A stretch of DNA of 64,000 nucleotides from an uncultured Verrucomicrobiae bacterium (GTDB taxonomy: Bacteria; Verrucomicrobiota; Verrucomicrobiia; Chthoniobacterales; JAFAMB01): positions 1,216,001 to 1,280,000 of the forward strand of contig CAWIPH010000002.1 in NCBI GenBank assembly GCA_963837955.1, written 5' to 3'. Both the position numbers and the translations under genes were made by a program. The notes beneath the pieces were generated by a model. That model had not been told where the DNA came from. It ran no database searches and worked only from the letters and a program-made list of their open reading frames with translations. This document shows, in pieces, positions 18,346-28,662 of this stretch (positions are counted from its first letter, which is position 1; each line of letters opens with the position of its first letter).

Positions 18346-20640
18346 TTACGGCGGGAAGGTCCCGCGCATCTCCATCGGTTGAAAAATGATCCAGATGGCC
18401 ACCGCAAATAATGCAAGGGTTAAGGTGCCCCAAGGCAAAAATATCAGGAACACGCGTCTAGATTTACCGACGTCGTGAGCGACCCGCCACATCGAGTAAA
18501 GCGTTGCCAGCAATCCGAGATCGATCGCGAGAAATTCCCAGTCGAGCAGTTCTGGGAAGGCCCAGGATCGAATATTCCAAGAAGGAAGCCCCAAGACGGC
18601 AAGATGAAGATCGGTAAGGAGGCGTTGGAAGACCGGAATAAATGTGTGCGAACCTACGAAAAGGTGGAACCCAAGATGGGCCAGCCACATGCTTGCGCCG
18701 AGCGGCGCTAAGGTCATCACAAAACGGTTCGTCATCTCGTACCGCGAGTTGCTGACGGACCCAAGTTTGTGGCTCATCCAGGCGCATCCAGCAATTAAGA
18801 GTGCTGGAATCACACAGATCGTAAGGCCAAAGAAGATAGCTAACTCGACTGGCCTTCCAGGAAGACCGAAATCAAGCCGTTCGTACTTGAGAAAGTTTTC
18901 GACCGGCAGAGCCATCCCGGCGGCATTGGCAAACGCGCCGAAGACCAGTACTGCGACCAAAAACGCTAAATCGCCGCGACGAGCGAAACGTCCGATGGAA
19001 GAGCGTGCCCGATCAATCCACAGCGATTTCGCTGGCAGGGTAGCGATGATTCCGACGTTGTCGTGTGGGCAGGCCCTGACGCAGTCTAAGCAAAAGGTAC
19101 AATCCAGGTTGCTCTCTTTCTTAGGCTGAAAAAGTCGTAGTTCGCACCCGCGTTGCTGCGCGTTTCCGCGAATGCAGTCGAATGTTTTGCAGGAACGACA
19201 GACGTCCTGGCTTCGCACTTTTACTTGGAAGGGCGAGACCAACGATTGGACGAAATGAAACTGGCCAATCGGACAGACATATTTACAGAAACTGGCGCCG
19301 CGAAAAAATCCATCGATGAGGAGCGCTGCGGCGAAATAGCCAACGACAATCCAGGCAGTGAGCCACGGGCTATTCCAGAGACTGAAAGCTTCGTAGCTCC
19401 AGAGGTAAAGCAGGACCAACCCACCCGCCAACCACTTGGAACGCAGTTGTCGCGGCCAATTCCAACGCGCCGGAAAGATTTTGCGTGCGATATCGCGAAC
19501 GAACGTGAAAGGGCAAGCGAAACAGAAAAAGTTACCTGCAACCAACAGCGCGAGCACGGTGAGCCCGCGCCAGTGCGTCCAGGGAAGAACTCCGGCGACG
19601 TTCATCGGCGTCAGTTGTGGCCCGAAGAATCCATCGAGAACGACCAAGATCGCCATCAGGAACATGGCGAGTTGAAGGCTGCGCCGCAGCCAGAGCGACG
19701 AAAGCAATCGTTGAATAGCCGGCTTGCCGAACAAATCGAAAGCCGGACGAGACCGGTACCGAAGAGCGGCGCGCGTGCCAGCTCGAACCGGCTGACTTCG
19801 AAGGCTCTGTGCCATCACTCGGAGTCGCCGCGGAGAAAGAAAATGCATTGTAATCACTCCGGCTGGCACCAGATAAGCGATCGATCCGGGGACCCACATG
19901 ATCGCGCCAGCGATGCTTTGGTCGCTCAGTGCCGTGATTCCGGCGAAATGAGGGACTGTTTCGTAGGTTGGATAAACGACGCGTTCGCTGAAACTGAGAA
20001 ACGCGGAGAGAGCCGTGTTTTGTATGTCAGCGAGGAGCAAATAAGGGATCATGGTCCAGCGCGGCCATTGTGGCCGGCTTGGCCACGGCTGCACTACGGG
20101 CCACCAGAAGAGCAGCGCGGAAAAGAGGAAGCAAGCATGCTCGACCTCGTGCCAGGCGTTCGAATGCAAGGTCAACTCGTATGGAGCGGGCACATGCCAG
20201 CCCAGCGTGATTGCTACATAGATGATCCAGGCGGTGCGAGGGTGGGTAAGCCAAAGCCCGAGCTGTTTGAAGGGGCGCCAGGTGAGGAAAGGACCGACTA
20301 CTTCGCGCGCGACCGGACGCGGCAGCCCGGTCAGAAGCGGTAGAAACGGGTTGCCGAGCAGAAGCAACGGCGGGGCGACCATCATGAAGATCAGGTGCTG
20401 AACCATGTGCACCTGCAAAAGGAGATTAGCAAAGCTATCGAGGGGCGATGCAATCGCAATAAACAGAGCGAACAGTCCGCCAAGGAAGCAGGCCAACCGC
20501 GAGCCATCGAATCGATGCGGAGCAAGCCGGCGGAGCTTTAGCCATCCTCTAAGATAAAGGACAGCGGTCAGCACCAGTGCAACGGTTGGTTCTAAGCTAA
20601 TCGACCAGGAACCGAAGATCGCATTGGAAACATCTGGCAT
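18346..20640 (-). CDS. CtaG-type oxidase assembly factor fused to a membrane polyferredoxin (4Fe-4S) domain
   Basis: HMVQH, WHVP, HEVEH, DQSIAGAIMW (Caa3_CtaG-like), followed by CFACP, CKYVCP, CRSCKTFDC and CTFCLDCVRACP. Confidence 0.8.
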   Translation of the reverse strand: MPDVSNAIFGSWSISLEPTVALVLTAVLYLRGWLKLRRLAPHRFDGSRLACFLGGLFALFIAIASPLDSFANLLLQVHMVQHLIFMMVAPPLLLLGNPFLPLLTGLPRPVAREVVGPFLTWRPFKQLGLWLTHPRTAWIIYVAITLGWHVPAPYELTLHSNAWHEVEHACFLFSALLFWWPVVQPWPSRPQWPRWTMIPYLLLADIQNTALSAFLSFSERVVYPTYETVPHFAGITALSDQSIAGAIMWVPGSIAYLVPAGVITMHFLSPRRLRVMAQSLRSQPVRAGTRAALRYRSRPAFDLFGKPAIQRLLSSLWLRRSLQLAMFLMAILVVLDGFFGPQLTPMNVAGVLPWTHWRGLTVLALLVAGNFFCFACPFTFVRDIARKIFPARWNWPRQLRSKWLAGGLVLLYLWSYEAFSLWNSPWLTAWIVVGYFAAALLIDGFFRGASFCKYVCPIGQFHFVQSLVSPFQVKVRSQDVCRSCKTFDCIRGNAQQRGCELRLFQPKKESNLDCTFCLDCVRACPHDNVGIIATLPAKSLWIDRARSSIGRFARRGDLAFLVAVLVFGAFANAAGMALPVENFLKYERLDFGLPGRPVELAIFFGLTICVIPALLIAGCAWMSHKLGSVSNSRYEMTNRFVMTLAPLGASMWLAHLGFHLFVGSHTFIPVFQRLLTDLHLAVLGLPSWNIRSWAFPELLDWEFLAIDLGLLATLYSMWRVAHDVGKSRRVFLIFLPWGTLTLALFAVAIWIIFQPMEMRGTFPP

Positions 20641-20788
20641 GGATTGGACAACAGCAGCCTCACTCTAACCCGGAAATTTCGTTCGGCAGCAGTCGGGCGA
20701 AATTTTCACTGGACTATTTTGCTACAAAGGATCTCTGGCATACGGTATGCCAGGACGGTTCGCACGCGGAAACCATTGGGAAAGTCAC

Positions 20789-21379
20789 ATGGAATTTGAA
20801 GCTCGATTTCAGCAAGTCTTGCGAAGATTTGACGACGAGAACGCACGCGACCCAAACTTAGTTACCATTGCGGGTACTGCGCTGCCGCGAGAACTGTTCT
20901 ACGCACAAAGGCTCACGGAGTGGGTTTTGCGGCTTTCCCCGGAAGCTTCGGAAGCTCTGCGGTTGGCCGCCCGTTGTCAGCACATCTGTCGCTGGATGAT
21001 TCCCAGAAATTCGCATCCGATGACCCGGGCAGGCTACTTGCGATGGCGCGAGGAGTTGAAGAGTTTTCACGCGCAGAAATCAACTGAGATCCTGCGGGAA
21101 GCCGGCTACCCGGAAGAGATGATCGCGCGCGTGCGCGAGCTGAATTTAAAAAAGAATTTGGGTAAAGATCCTGAGTGCCAGGTATTGGAAGACGCCCTCT
21201 GTCTCGTGACGCTGCAATATCAACTCGGCGACTTAATGGACAAAACTGAGCCAGATAAGATGGTCGCGATCCTGCAAAAGACATGGAAAAAAATGTCCCC
21301 GGCGGGCCGGAAAGAAGCGCTCGGGCTGTCGTTTTCCGAACGGGAGAGAGAACTGATTTCAAAGCTTAGAATTGCTTAA
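20789..21379 (+). CDS. DUF4202-like protein
   Basis: ENARDPN, LAARCQHICRW, GYLRWR, LEDALCL, KTWKKMS. Confidence 0.75.
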   Translation: MEFEARFQQVLRRFDDENARDPNLVTIAGTALPRELFYAQRLTEWVLRLSPEASEALRLAARCQHICRWMIPRNSHPMTRAGYLRWREELKSFHAQKSTEILREAGYPEEMIARVRELNLKKNLGKDPECQVLEDALCLVTLQYQLGDLMDKTEPDKMVAILQKTWKKMSPAGRKEALGLSFSERERELISKLRIA

Positions 21380-21481
21380 GATAGGATTGAACAGGAGCTA
21401 ACAGAGGAAACAGAGGGCTGGAACCGGAGGCGTCTCGACTAGGAGGGCAGTCGGCGCTACCAATCGCGTCTTCGCTTGCGG

Positions 21482-23008
21482 CTATGGCCCACCTTTCTCT
21501 GCTTTGGCGATCGTATCGTCACCCCTCGATTGGGATCCCGAGCGCATCTCATCGATGGGAGCTAGTGGCCCTATTGCCTCGCGAGCTGCCGGAACATTGG
21601 GCGGGTGCAACGAAGAGAGATAAGCGACTAAGGCATGTACTTCTGCGGGCGAAAGATTTTTTCCGTACGCCGGCATATTACCGCCTCCTTGGATCACTTG
21701 GCGAACGAGTTGGGGGGAAGTCATTCGCGTAGCCACTATCGTCAAATCGGGTCCTCGGCTGCCTCCCTGGTGATCGATTGCATGACAGTTGCGGCATTGC
21801 TTATTCTGAAAAACAAGAGCTCCTTGGAGTTCCAGCGGCGTTCGGTCTTTCAAGAACTGCGGTTTTAGCTCCAGGCTTCTCCAAGCTTCCATATGAGGAG
21901 ACCAGGGACCGGTCATCCCGGCGTAAGTGAGCATTCCAACTACCAGGAAGGTGACGACCACTGTCAATACGGCAATTGGCCGGCGGCGCCAGCTCTTCTC
22001 ACCTTCGTTGGATATGAAGGGGAGCGCAAAAAGCAGAATCGCAGCCAATGTCGGGAGAACGAAAAAGAGCAGCACTTCCGAGCCATTCGGCATAAGGGCG
22101 GCTGCGGCGAAGAGAAAAAGGAAGGCGTCATCCGGTTTGGCTTCGGTAATGACCGCACTTGGATCAGCCGGAATGCCAGGTCCTTTTGGACCAACGAACA
22201 GAGCGAGGCCAATGATGACCAGCAGAAGGATGCCATTTGCCACCGCATCCTTGCTGAAGGCCCCGGGGATAAACGGAACTCCTTCGCGTTTGATGATTTC
22301 TTTATAATGGGCGTCGTAAGTCTCGCGCTTCACCAAGACACCTGGCTTCGGTGCCTCATTGATACCTTTGCTCAAGACCAGGCGGAGATGGAGGCTTAGA
22401 AAGGCGAGGATTGCTCCGGGAAGAATGAAGACGTGTAAGGAAAAAAATCGCGACAAGGCTTCGCTCCCGATAATCGGGCCACCGAGCAGAAGATGGACCA
22501 GTGAGTCACCGATGAACGGGATTCGTCCCAGCACGGCTGCGCCGATGCCGAGTCCCCAGTAGGCATCGGCATCGAAGCGCATGACTTGCCCGGAGAAGGC
22601 GAGACCGAGAGTAATGAAGAGCAACACACATCCCGACATCCAGGTCATCTCGCGCGGATATTTATAGGCTCCCCAAAGGAAAACCTGGGTCATATGCAAG
22701 ATCATGAGGATGACCATGCAATTCGAACCCCAGTAGTGCATGCCTCGCAGAACCCATCCTAGTTGTTGTTCGTAGTTTAAGCGTTCCAGAGTGTGGTAGG
22801 CTTCCGCGGCCGAAGGCACGTAGACCATGGCCAGGAAAATCCCGGTCAAGATCTGAATGACCAAACAAAGCATGGTCATACTGCCGAAGGTATAGAACCA
22901 GCTGCCGGTACTCTTCGGGACGGGGTGACCTGCGGTCTGCTCCCAGAGCTTAACGAAGTGGACGCGGTCCTCGATCCAAAGCGCGACCTTACGAAGAGTC
23001 TCCATCAT
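21482..23008 (-). CDS. Cytochrome b (bc complex) with fused C-terminal c-type heme domain
   Basis: RGMHYWG, ILHMTQV, FFSLHV, SLHL heme-b His ligands; CRNCH...NMPAY. Confidence 0.9.
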   Translation of the reverse strand: MMETLRKVALWIEDRVHFVKLWEQTAGHPVPKSTGSWFYTFGSMTMLCLVIQILTGIFLAMVYVPSAAEAYHTLERLNYEQQLGWVLRGMHYWGSNCMVILMILHMTQVFLWGAYKYPREMTWMSGCVLLFITLGLAFSGQVMRFDADAYWGLGIGAAVLGRIPFIGDSLVHLLLGGPIIGSEALSRFFSLHVFILPGAILAFLSLHLRLVLSKGINEAPKPGVLVKRETYDAHYKEIIKREGVPFIPGAFSKDAVANGILLLVIIGLALFVGPKGPGIPADPSAVITEAKPDDAFLFLFAAAALMPNGSEVLLFFVLPTLAAILLFALPFISNEGEKSWRRRPIAVLTVVVTFLVVGMLTYAGMTGPWSPHMEAWRSLELKPQFLKDRTPLELQGALVFQNKQCRNCHAIDHQGGSRGPDLTIVATRMTSPQLVRQVIQGGGNMPAYGKNLSPAEVHALVAYLSSLHPPNVPAAREAIGPLAPIDEMRSGSQSRGDDTIAKAEKGGP

Positions 23009-23580
23009 GTTGTTCGTCCTGAATCGACTAAGGTTCCCGGATCGGCCAGAGTCGGTAATACACCGGCCTTAATAGCAAGCTCTCCTTTTTCGATCTTAAA
23101 TGCGTATTGATAAAGAGCGTGCGGGGGCGGTCCGGCGGCATGAGATCCATCTTCATAAAAGGCGCCGCCGTGGCATGGGCAAAGGAAAAGCTTGGATTGT
23201 TCAAACCAGCGCACCGGGCAGCCCAGGTGAGTGCAATTCACGGCGAACACCCTGAAATCTTGTTCGGAGTTACGCTGCACCCAACACGGTATATGAGCGG
23301 TCTGACCGTCTGCCGGTATTCTGTAGGGATTCTCATAAGCAACCATCCGAGTCGTACCGACTTTGAATTGGTCGACCGGACCGAGCGAGATCCAGGTTGG
23401 TTCTGCTCTTTTAACGATGGCTGAGATTACGAAACCAATGATCGGGATGCTGATCATCGCGCCGGCGATGACGTCCAAGCCGATTCCGAGTTTGAGCAGA
23501 AAATCCCTTCGGGAGGAGCGATAATCAAATTTAGGAAAATCGTGAGAATCGTTGCTGGGATGTGGATCTTCGGAGGCCAT
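23005..23580 (-). CDS. Rieske 2Fe-2S subunit
   Basis: Tat motif SRRDFL; CTHLGC and CPCHG boxes. Confidence 0.92.
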   Translation of the reverse strand: MASEDPHPSNDSHDFPKFDYRSSRRDFLLKLGIGLDVIAGAMISIPIIGFVISAIVKRAEPTWISLGPVDQFKVGTTRMVAYENPYRIPADGQTAHIPCWVQRNSEQDFRVFAVNCTHLGCPVRWFEQSKLFLCPCHGGAFYEDGSHAAGPPPHALYQYAFKIEKGELAIKAGVLPTLADPGTLVDSGRTT

Positions 23581-23583
23581 AAG

Positions 23584-24318
23584 CTAAGGATTGGGACTGG
23601 CGCTAGGGTTGGCACTAGCGTCCTGCCCAACATTCGAGGTGTTGCGATGGGAAACCAGCCAGCCGACGATATCGGCGATATCTTGGTCCGACATCGGCTG
23701 GTTCGACACTAAACTCTGGTAATTGGGCATGCCCAATTCCGGGCGGCCGGCGATCGTGACGCTGCGCAAATATTGATCGGAAACCAGATGGAGATAGTCC
23801 GGTTGCAGGATCGAACCAGCCTTTCCGGTCTGGCCAATCTGTCCATGACAGCCGGCGCAGAAGCGATTGTAAACTTCACTGCCACGATTCGCATCGCCCA
23901 ATGCGGCAGAATAGGGTGGAAGATTGGTTTTGGTGATCTGGGCGGACTTTCCCCAGTCAAGAATTCCATTCACGACGATGTCGAGCTGCTCGTCGGTCAG
24001 CTCGCCCCCGTTCGCCTTCAAGAACCCGGGCATAGTCGTTCCCTGAACCCCTTCAGCGGTGATCTTCCGCAGGACATCCCGCGGGATGATGGCGAGGTAC
24101 AGAGGGTCGCGCAGAGAAATTGACGCTCCAATATTTGTCTCGCCGGCATGGCAGGCTCGGCAATTCTGCTCGAAGAGCACCGTGAAATTTTTTTCTGCTT
24201 CCGGGGGCTTCCAGCGGTCGCTCTGCTTTGGTTTTCCTGGAAGTTGATCGCAGCTCGATAGCACGACCACGCCGGCAGCGGTACAGAGTGCGAACAGAAA
24301 GAGCTTGGACATGGCCAT
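23584..24318 (-). CDS. Diheme cytochrome c lipoprotein
   Basis: Lipobox LSSC; CRACH and CAGCH, each with a distal MP. Confidence 0.88.
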   Translation of the reverse strand: MAMSKLFLFALCTAAGVVVLSSCDQLPGKPKQSDRWKPPEAEKNFTVLFEQNCRACHAGETNIGASISLRDPLYLAIIPRDVLRKITAEGVQGTTMPGFLKANGGELTDEQLDIVVNGILDWGKSAQITKTNLPPYSAALGDANRGSEVYNRFCAGCHGQIGQTGKAGSILQPDYLHLVSDQYLRSVTIAGRPELGMPNYQSLVSNQPMSDQDIADIVGWLVSHRNTSNVGQDASANPSASPNP

Positions 24319-25163
24319 CAGTCTTCCTTTTCCATCGCGTGCACGCCCATTCGGGCCGCAATTGGCCAAGTCTGCATGGTTTCCACTTTCGCAGATTTGA
24401 AAACGACGTAGCCCCCGACCACGCCGAATGAAATCTGACAGATGATGAACCAGGGCCAATCAACTCGAGCGGCCAAAGCCGGGTTAACAATATCAAACAT
24501 CGGATAGAGCAGCGCCGTCCAGATGATCGGAATCATGATCCCGCCCCAGAACCATTCGAAACGGGCTGGTAGCATCGGGAGGATCACGGTGTACAGCATT
24601 CCAATGCCTATCGAGAGAAGGCCATGACTGAGGACGGCGATGACAAAGGAGAGTGCATTGAATTGATTCAAGGTTTGGATATCCGCGGTCGCCATGGAAG
24701 GTAGAGCGGCTGCGGCCAACAAATTGATCGGATACCAGATGCTGTGCTGGAAGAGCAGTCCATAGAGCATCGCCAAAACTGCCATCGCGGCACCCCCGGC
24801 CAAACCGCCGAAAATTCCGGAGGAGTAACGGTGAACCCGGATCGGATAATAGGCTCTGTGACCGCCGACGCCTAAAGCAAGATGGCTGATGCGTCGCGGT
24901 GATAGCTTGATTGGAGCCGCTCTGCGGGCGGGCTCCACGTAAGGGTAAACTTCATGTTGCGGGACAGGAAAAACCTCTCGAAACCAGCCGATGCCGCCGA
25001 CCAGCGCGGTGAGTATCCCAGCTAGACTAATGACGATGCTGGTGACCAATCCAGCGGCGATGAGCATGATACCCAAGGCGGTCACTAATGGCCACGCAGT
25101 AGGAGTGGGGAGTTCGACCCCGTCGGGATGTTGATGTTCCGGATCGGTATCCATACGCGTCAC
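24318..25163 (-). CDS. Integral membrane protein; N-terminus resembles oxidase subunit IV
   Basis: LPTPTAWPLVTALG start and about 6-7 TM segments; within the oxidase operon. Confidence 0.6.
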   Translation of the reverse strand: MTRMDTDPEHQHPDGVELPTPTAWPLVTALGIMLIAAGLVTSIVISLAGILTALVGGIGWFREVFPVPQHEVYPYVEPARRAAPIKLSPRRISHLALGVGGHRAYYPIRVHRYSSGIFGGLAGGAAMAVLAMLYGLLFQHSIWYPINLLAAAALPSMATADIQTLNQFNALSFVIAVLSHGLLSIGIGMLYTVILPMLPARFEWFWGGIMIPIIWTALLYPMFDIVNPALAARVDWPWFIICQISFGVVGGYVVFKSAKVETMQTWPIAARMGVHAMEKED

Positions 25164-25756
25164 GAATATTTACTGATTACGTAAACGACGGTGAGCACGA
25201 CTGCCCAAATCCCGTCCACAAAATGCCAGTACCAGGAAATCATTTCGACGTGCTCATGGTGCCGATGTTGCAGCTTGCCGAGCAGGCTGGAAATGAGGAC
25301 CATGGAAAGCAGCAAAACCCCGACGACGACGTGGCTGGCGTGTAAGCCGACGAGGGAATAATAAGTCGAACCGAACAGGTTCGTACTAATCGTCAAACCG
25401 TCATCGTAGATTAGTTTGTGCCATTCAAAGCCAGTGTAGATCAGAAATCCGATACCGAGCAAAACCGTCAACAGCCACCAAAGATGAAAGCCGGCTGCTG
25501 CGCCCTTCTTCAACATACGCTCGGCCATGACGATCGTGCCGCTGCTCGAAAAAAGTAGAATCGAGCCAAGCCAAGGAATTTCCAGGACATCCCGCGGATA
25601 GGGCGGATTGAGGCTTTTTCCCATGTAAAACAGGTAGGCAACCACAAAGATGGTGAAGAGGGCAGACTCCGTTAGGATTACGAGGATCATGCCGACCTTC
25701 CGGGGAGAGGGCAGCTTCCATTCGGCTTCGTCGGCAGCGAGGTATTCAGTGCTCAC
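25160..25756 (-). CDS. ctaE: Heme-copper oxidase subunit III
   Basis: LVGLHASHV and WYWHFVDGIW. Confidence 0.9.
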   Translation of the reverse strand: MSTEYLAADEAEWKLPSPRKVGMILVILTESALFTIFVVAYLFYMGKSLNPPYPRDVLEIPWLGSILLFSSSGTIVMAERMLKKGAAAGFHLWWLLTVLLGIGFLIYTGFEWHKLIYDDGLTISTNLFGSTYYSLVGLHASHVVVGVLLLSMVLISSLLGKLQHRHHEHVEMISWYWHFVDGIWAVVLTVVYVISKYS

Positions 25757-25774
25757 GTTGGTAAGGCAGAAGAG

Positions 25775-27478
25775 TTATTCGAATTTCCAGTCCGGATCTT
25801 CCGGATGTTTCAGATCCCAGACTGGGCGCCGGCTTTTCACTTCCGGTAGCTTTTCGAAATTGTAATCGGGCGGCGGAGAGGAAGTGGCCCACTCGAGCGT
25901 CCAGCCGTCCCACGGATCATCTCCGGCGATGGCACCTTTGCGGGCCGATACGATGAGATTGATGATAAAGAGGATCGCTGCGATCCCCTGGATAAACGCG
26001 CCGATGGTTGAGATCAGATTCCAGATCTCCCAGCCTCGGCCCGGCTGATAGGTATAGATGCGGCGAGGCATTCCTAGAATGCCGGAGATATGCTGAGGGT
26101 CAAACGTCAGGTGAAAACCGATGGTGAAGAGCCAAAAATGCCAGAGTCCTAATTGCTTGTTCAGCATCCGGCCGAATGCTTTCGGGTACCAATAATACGT
26201 CGCCGAAAAGACCGCAAAAATGATTCCGCCAACGATCACATAATGGAAATGCGCGATGACAAAATAGGAATCGTTCAGTTGCCAATCGAATGGGGCAACA
26301 CCCATCATGACTCCGGTCAACCCGGCAATTAAAAACTGGAACAGGAAAGCGATCGCGAAGAGCATCGGGATCTCGAGCCGAATCTTTCCGCCAAACATTG
26401 TTGCCAACCAGTTAAAGATTTTAATCCCGGTCGGGATCGCGATGACCAGCGTAGCGAAGGCGAAAAAAGTGACGCTGTAGGAGTCCATCCCGATAGTGAA
26501 CATGTGATGTGCCCAGACCCCAGCACTCACGAATCCAATCATTAAGGTGGCAGCCACCATCATTGGGTAACCGAAGATCGGTTTCCGGGAGAAGACAGGC
26601 ACGACTTCGGATATTACGCCGAAAGCAGGTAACACGAGGATATAGACCTCGGGATGTCCGAAGATCCAGAAGAAGTGCTGCCACAAAATTGCCGAACCAC
26701 CGGCTTGAGTCTCGAAAAACTTGGCGCCGCAAAATCGCTCCAAAACCAGCATGATCTGGGCAGCCGAAAGCGGTGGTAGAAAAGTAACCACGAGAAACAT
26801 GGTTACCAGACTTAGCCAGACAAAGAGTGGCATCCGGTACAGCGTCATTCCTTTGCAACGATAACAAAAGATAGTCACCATGATATTCAGACCGCCGGTG
26901 ACGCTACCGACCCCGGTGACCAGGAGACCCAAGGACCAATAGTCAACACTGGACCCGGGTGAAAACGAGCGGGAAGTGAGCGGAGCAAGAGCAAACCAGG
27001 CGACATCTGGCGCGGCGCCAGCGCCGTAGAGACCGGGAGCGCCGACGTAACTAAAAAACATCAGGCAGGCACCGAAAAAAGTCAGCCAGAACGAAAAAGC
27101 GTTCAGGCGGGGAAACGCCATATCGCGCGCTCCGATCTGCAGCGGGACCATATAATTCGCGAGGCCAAAGATCATTGGCATCGCGACAAAGAAAATCATC
27201 GCGGTCCCGTGCATGGTGAAGAGGCTATTAAAGGCCTGAGGCGAGACCAGGTGATTATTGGGGACAGCGAGTTGAGTCCGGATTATCGCTGCCATCGTCC
27301 CGGCAACGATGAAAAAGAGCCAACCCATCCCGAGATACATCAGCCCGAGCTTCTTGTGATCGACAGTGAAAACGAGATCCTGAATCCAGCCTGTCAACGT
27401 CCCGTGTTCTTCTCCGGGTCTCGCCGGGTTGGCTTCGGTGCCGATCTCTTTGGTAATAATAGAAGTACCGTTGGCCAT
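25775..27478 (-). CDS. ctaD: Cytochrome c oxidase subunit I, type A1
   Basis: FTMHG, WIFGHPEVY, WAHHMF, AHFHY. ATG 27478 lies just after the subunit II stop. Confidence 0.95.
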   Translation of the reverse strand: MANGTSIITKEIGTEANPARPGEEHGTLTGWIQDLVFTVDHKKLGLMYLGMGWLFFIVAGTMAAIIRTQLAVPNNHLVSPQAFNSLFTMHGTAMIFFVAMPMIFGLANYMVPLQIGARDMAFPRLNAFSFWLTFFGACLMFFSYVGAPGLYGAGAAPDVAWFALAPLTSRSFSPGSSVDYWSLGLLVTGVGSVTGGLNIMVTIFCYRCKGMTLYRMPLFVWLSLVTMFLVVTFLPPLSAAQIMLVLERFCGAKFFETQAGGSAILWQHFFWIFGHPEVYILVLPAFGVISEVVPVFSRKPIFGYPMMVAATLMIGFVSAGVWAHHMFTIGMDSYSVTFFAFATLVIAIPTGIKIFNWLATMFGGKIRLEIPMLFAIAFLFQFLIAGLTGVMMGVAPFDWQLNDSYFVIAHFHYVIVGGIIFAVFSATYYWYPKAFGRMLNKQLGLWHFWLFTIGFHLTFDPQHISGILGMPRRIYTYQPGRGWEIWNLISTIGAFIQGIAAILFIINLIVSARKGAIAGDDPWDGWTLEWATSSPPPDYNFEKLPEVKSRRPVWDLKHPEDPDWKFE

Positions 27479-27483
27479 CGTCG

Positions 27484-28599
27484 TTATTTCAAGGTTCGAA
27501 GGTAAGCCAGGATCGATTGAACCTGCTTGTCCTCCAGTTTCATGTTCGGCATCAGGCACCCCGGCTTCAGCACCTGGGGATCCTGTAGCCATGAGCGTAA
27601 ATTTTCTTCATTATTTTCCGCAACGCCCGATCCGAGCGTTTGCCGGCTGGAGAAATGGGTTAGGTCTGGGCCGAAAACTCCCTTTGCGCTGGTCCCACCG
27701 ATTTGATGGCAAGTACCACATGAGTTGGCGATGAATTGACGTTTACCCTCTTCTACGGCTGGATCATTGGCGGGGGCCGCCTTTTGCTCGTTCAGCCACT
27801 GCTGATAGCGGTCAGGCGAATCCACAATGACTCGAATCAGCATATTCGCGTGTTGCGCGCCGCAAAGCACCGAACAATTACCGAGATAAATTCCGGTCTT
27901 GTAGGGTTCAACCCACATTGTGTTGCGGTGGTTAGGAACGAGTTGGGTTTTCCCATTGAGTTGCGGCACCCAGAACCCGTGGATTACGTCCGCCGATTCC
28001 AACACAAATTCGGTGGCGATCCGCTTCGAACGATCGCTCAGCGGCACATGAATTTCGTTGGCAGTAACGACATCGTATTTCGGATAACGAACTTCCCACC
28101 AAAAACGATGACCGATGATTCGTACTTGCTCCGCATCAGTCGGTAGTTTCGGCTTTTGAATTTCGCCAATCGTCCGAGCTGTCACCAAGACCAGTACGAT
28201 CACGATCAGGATCGGTGGCACGGTCCAGGCCAGCTCAATGGCCGCGCTCCCATAAACTTGGGGCGGTTCCTCAAGGTCGTCAGCACCTCCCTTGCGGCGG
28301 TAACGAATGATTGCGTAAGTCAATAGCCCACCGACGACCAAAAAGATTATCGCGCAAGTCGCTAAAACGAGCAGGGAGATTCGGTATAATATTTCCGCCG
28401 GCGCTGAGAGCGGATCAAAGATGTTTTGGACCGCCCGGATGGTGGGATCTTGGGCCGATGCGCTTGCTAGAGTCAGGAGTGTCAATGCTGCCACTCCGAG
28501 AGTGCTTTGATTCCGCTGAATCAGAGAAAATCTGCGGAAACGACCTGGCGTTTGCCTTTCGTGTCCGTGGCGAGATCCGCAGTTCCAATTCATTTCCAT
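27484..28599 (-). CDS. ctaC: Cytochrome c oxidase subunit II with fused cytochrome c (caa3-type)
   Basis: DVIHGF, CSVLCGAQHANM (CuA), CGTCH. Start uncertain. Confidence 0.92.
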   Translation of the reverse strand: MEMNWNCGSRHGHERQTPGRFRRFSLIQRNQSTLGVAALTLLTLASASAQDPTIRAVQNIFDPLSAPAEILYRISLLVLATCAIIFLVVGGLLTYAIIRYRRKGGADDLEEPPQVYGSAAIELAWTVPPILIVIVLVLVTARTIGEIQKPKLPTDAEQVRIIGHRFWWEVRYPKYDVVTANEIHVPLSDRSKRIATEFVLESADVIHGFWVPQLNGKTQLVPNHRNTMWVEPYKTGIYLGNCSVLCGAQHANMLIRVIVDSPDRYQQWLNEQKAAPANDPAVEEGKRQFIANSCGTCHQIGGTSAKGVFGPDLTHFSSRQTLGSGVAENNEENLRSWLQDPQVLKPGCLMPNMKLEDKQVQSILAYLRTLK

Positions 28600-28662
28600 G
28601 CTTTAGTTATGGCGGTTACAAGCCACTAAGGGCGACCATGGCCAGAGGGATCAGGCGCGACT

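Noticed and set aside
19153..20343. 396-aa plus-strand ORF (and 16007-16912)
   Set aside because: Antisense shadows of well-supported minus-strand genes, with no motifs.
20695..20711. Third Rex-like site upstream of the CtaG fusion
   Set aside because: Half-site spacing is one base short and the left half is degenerate.
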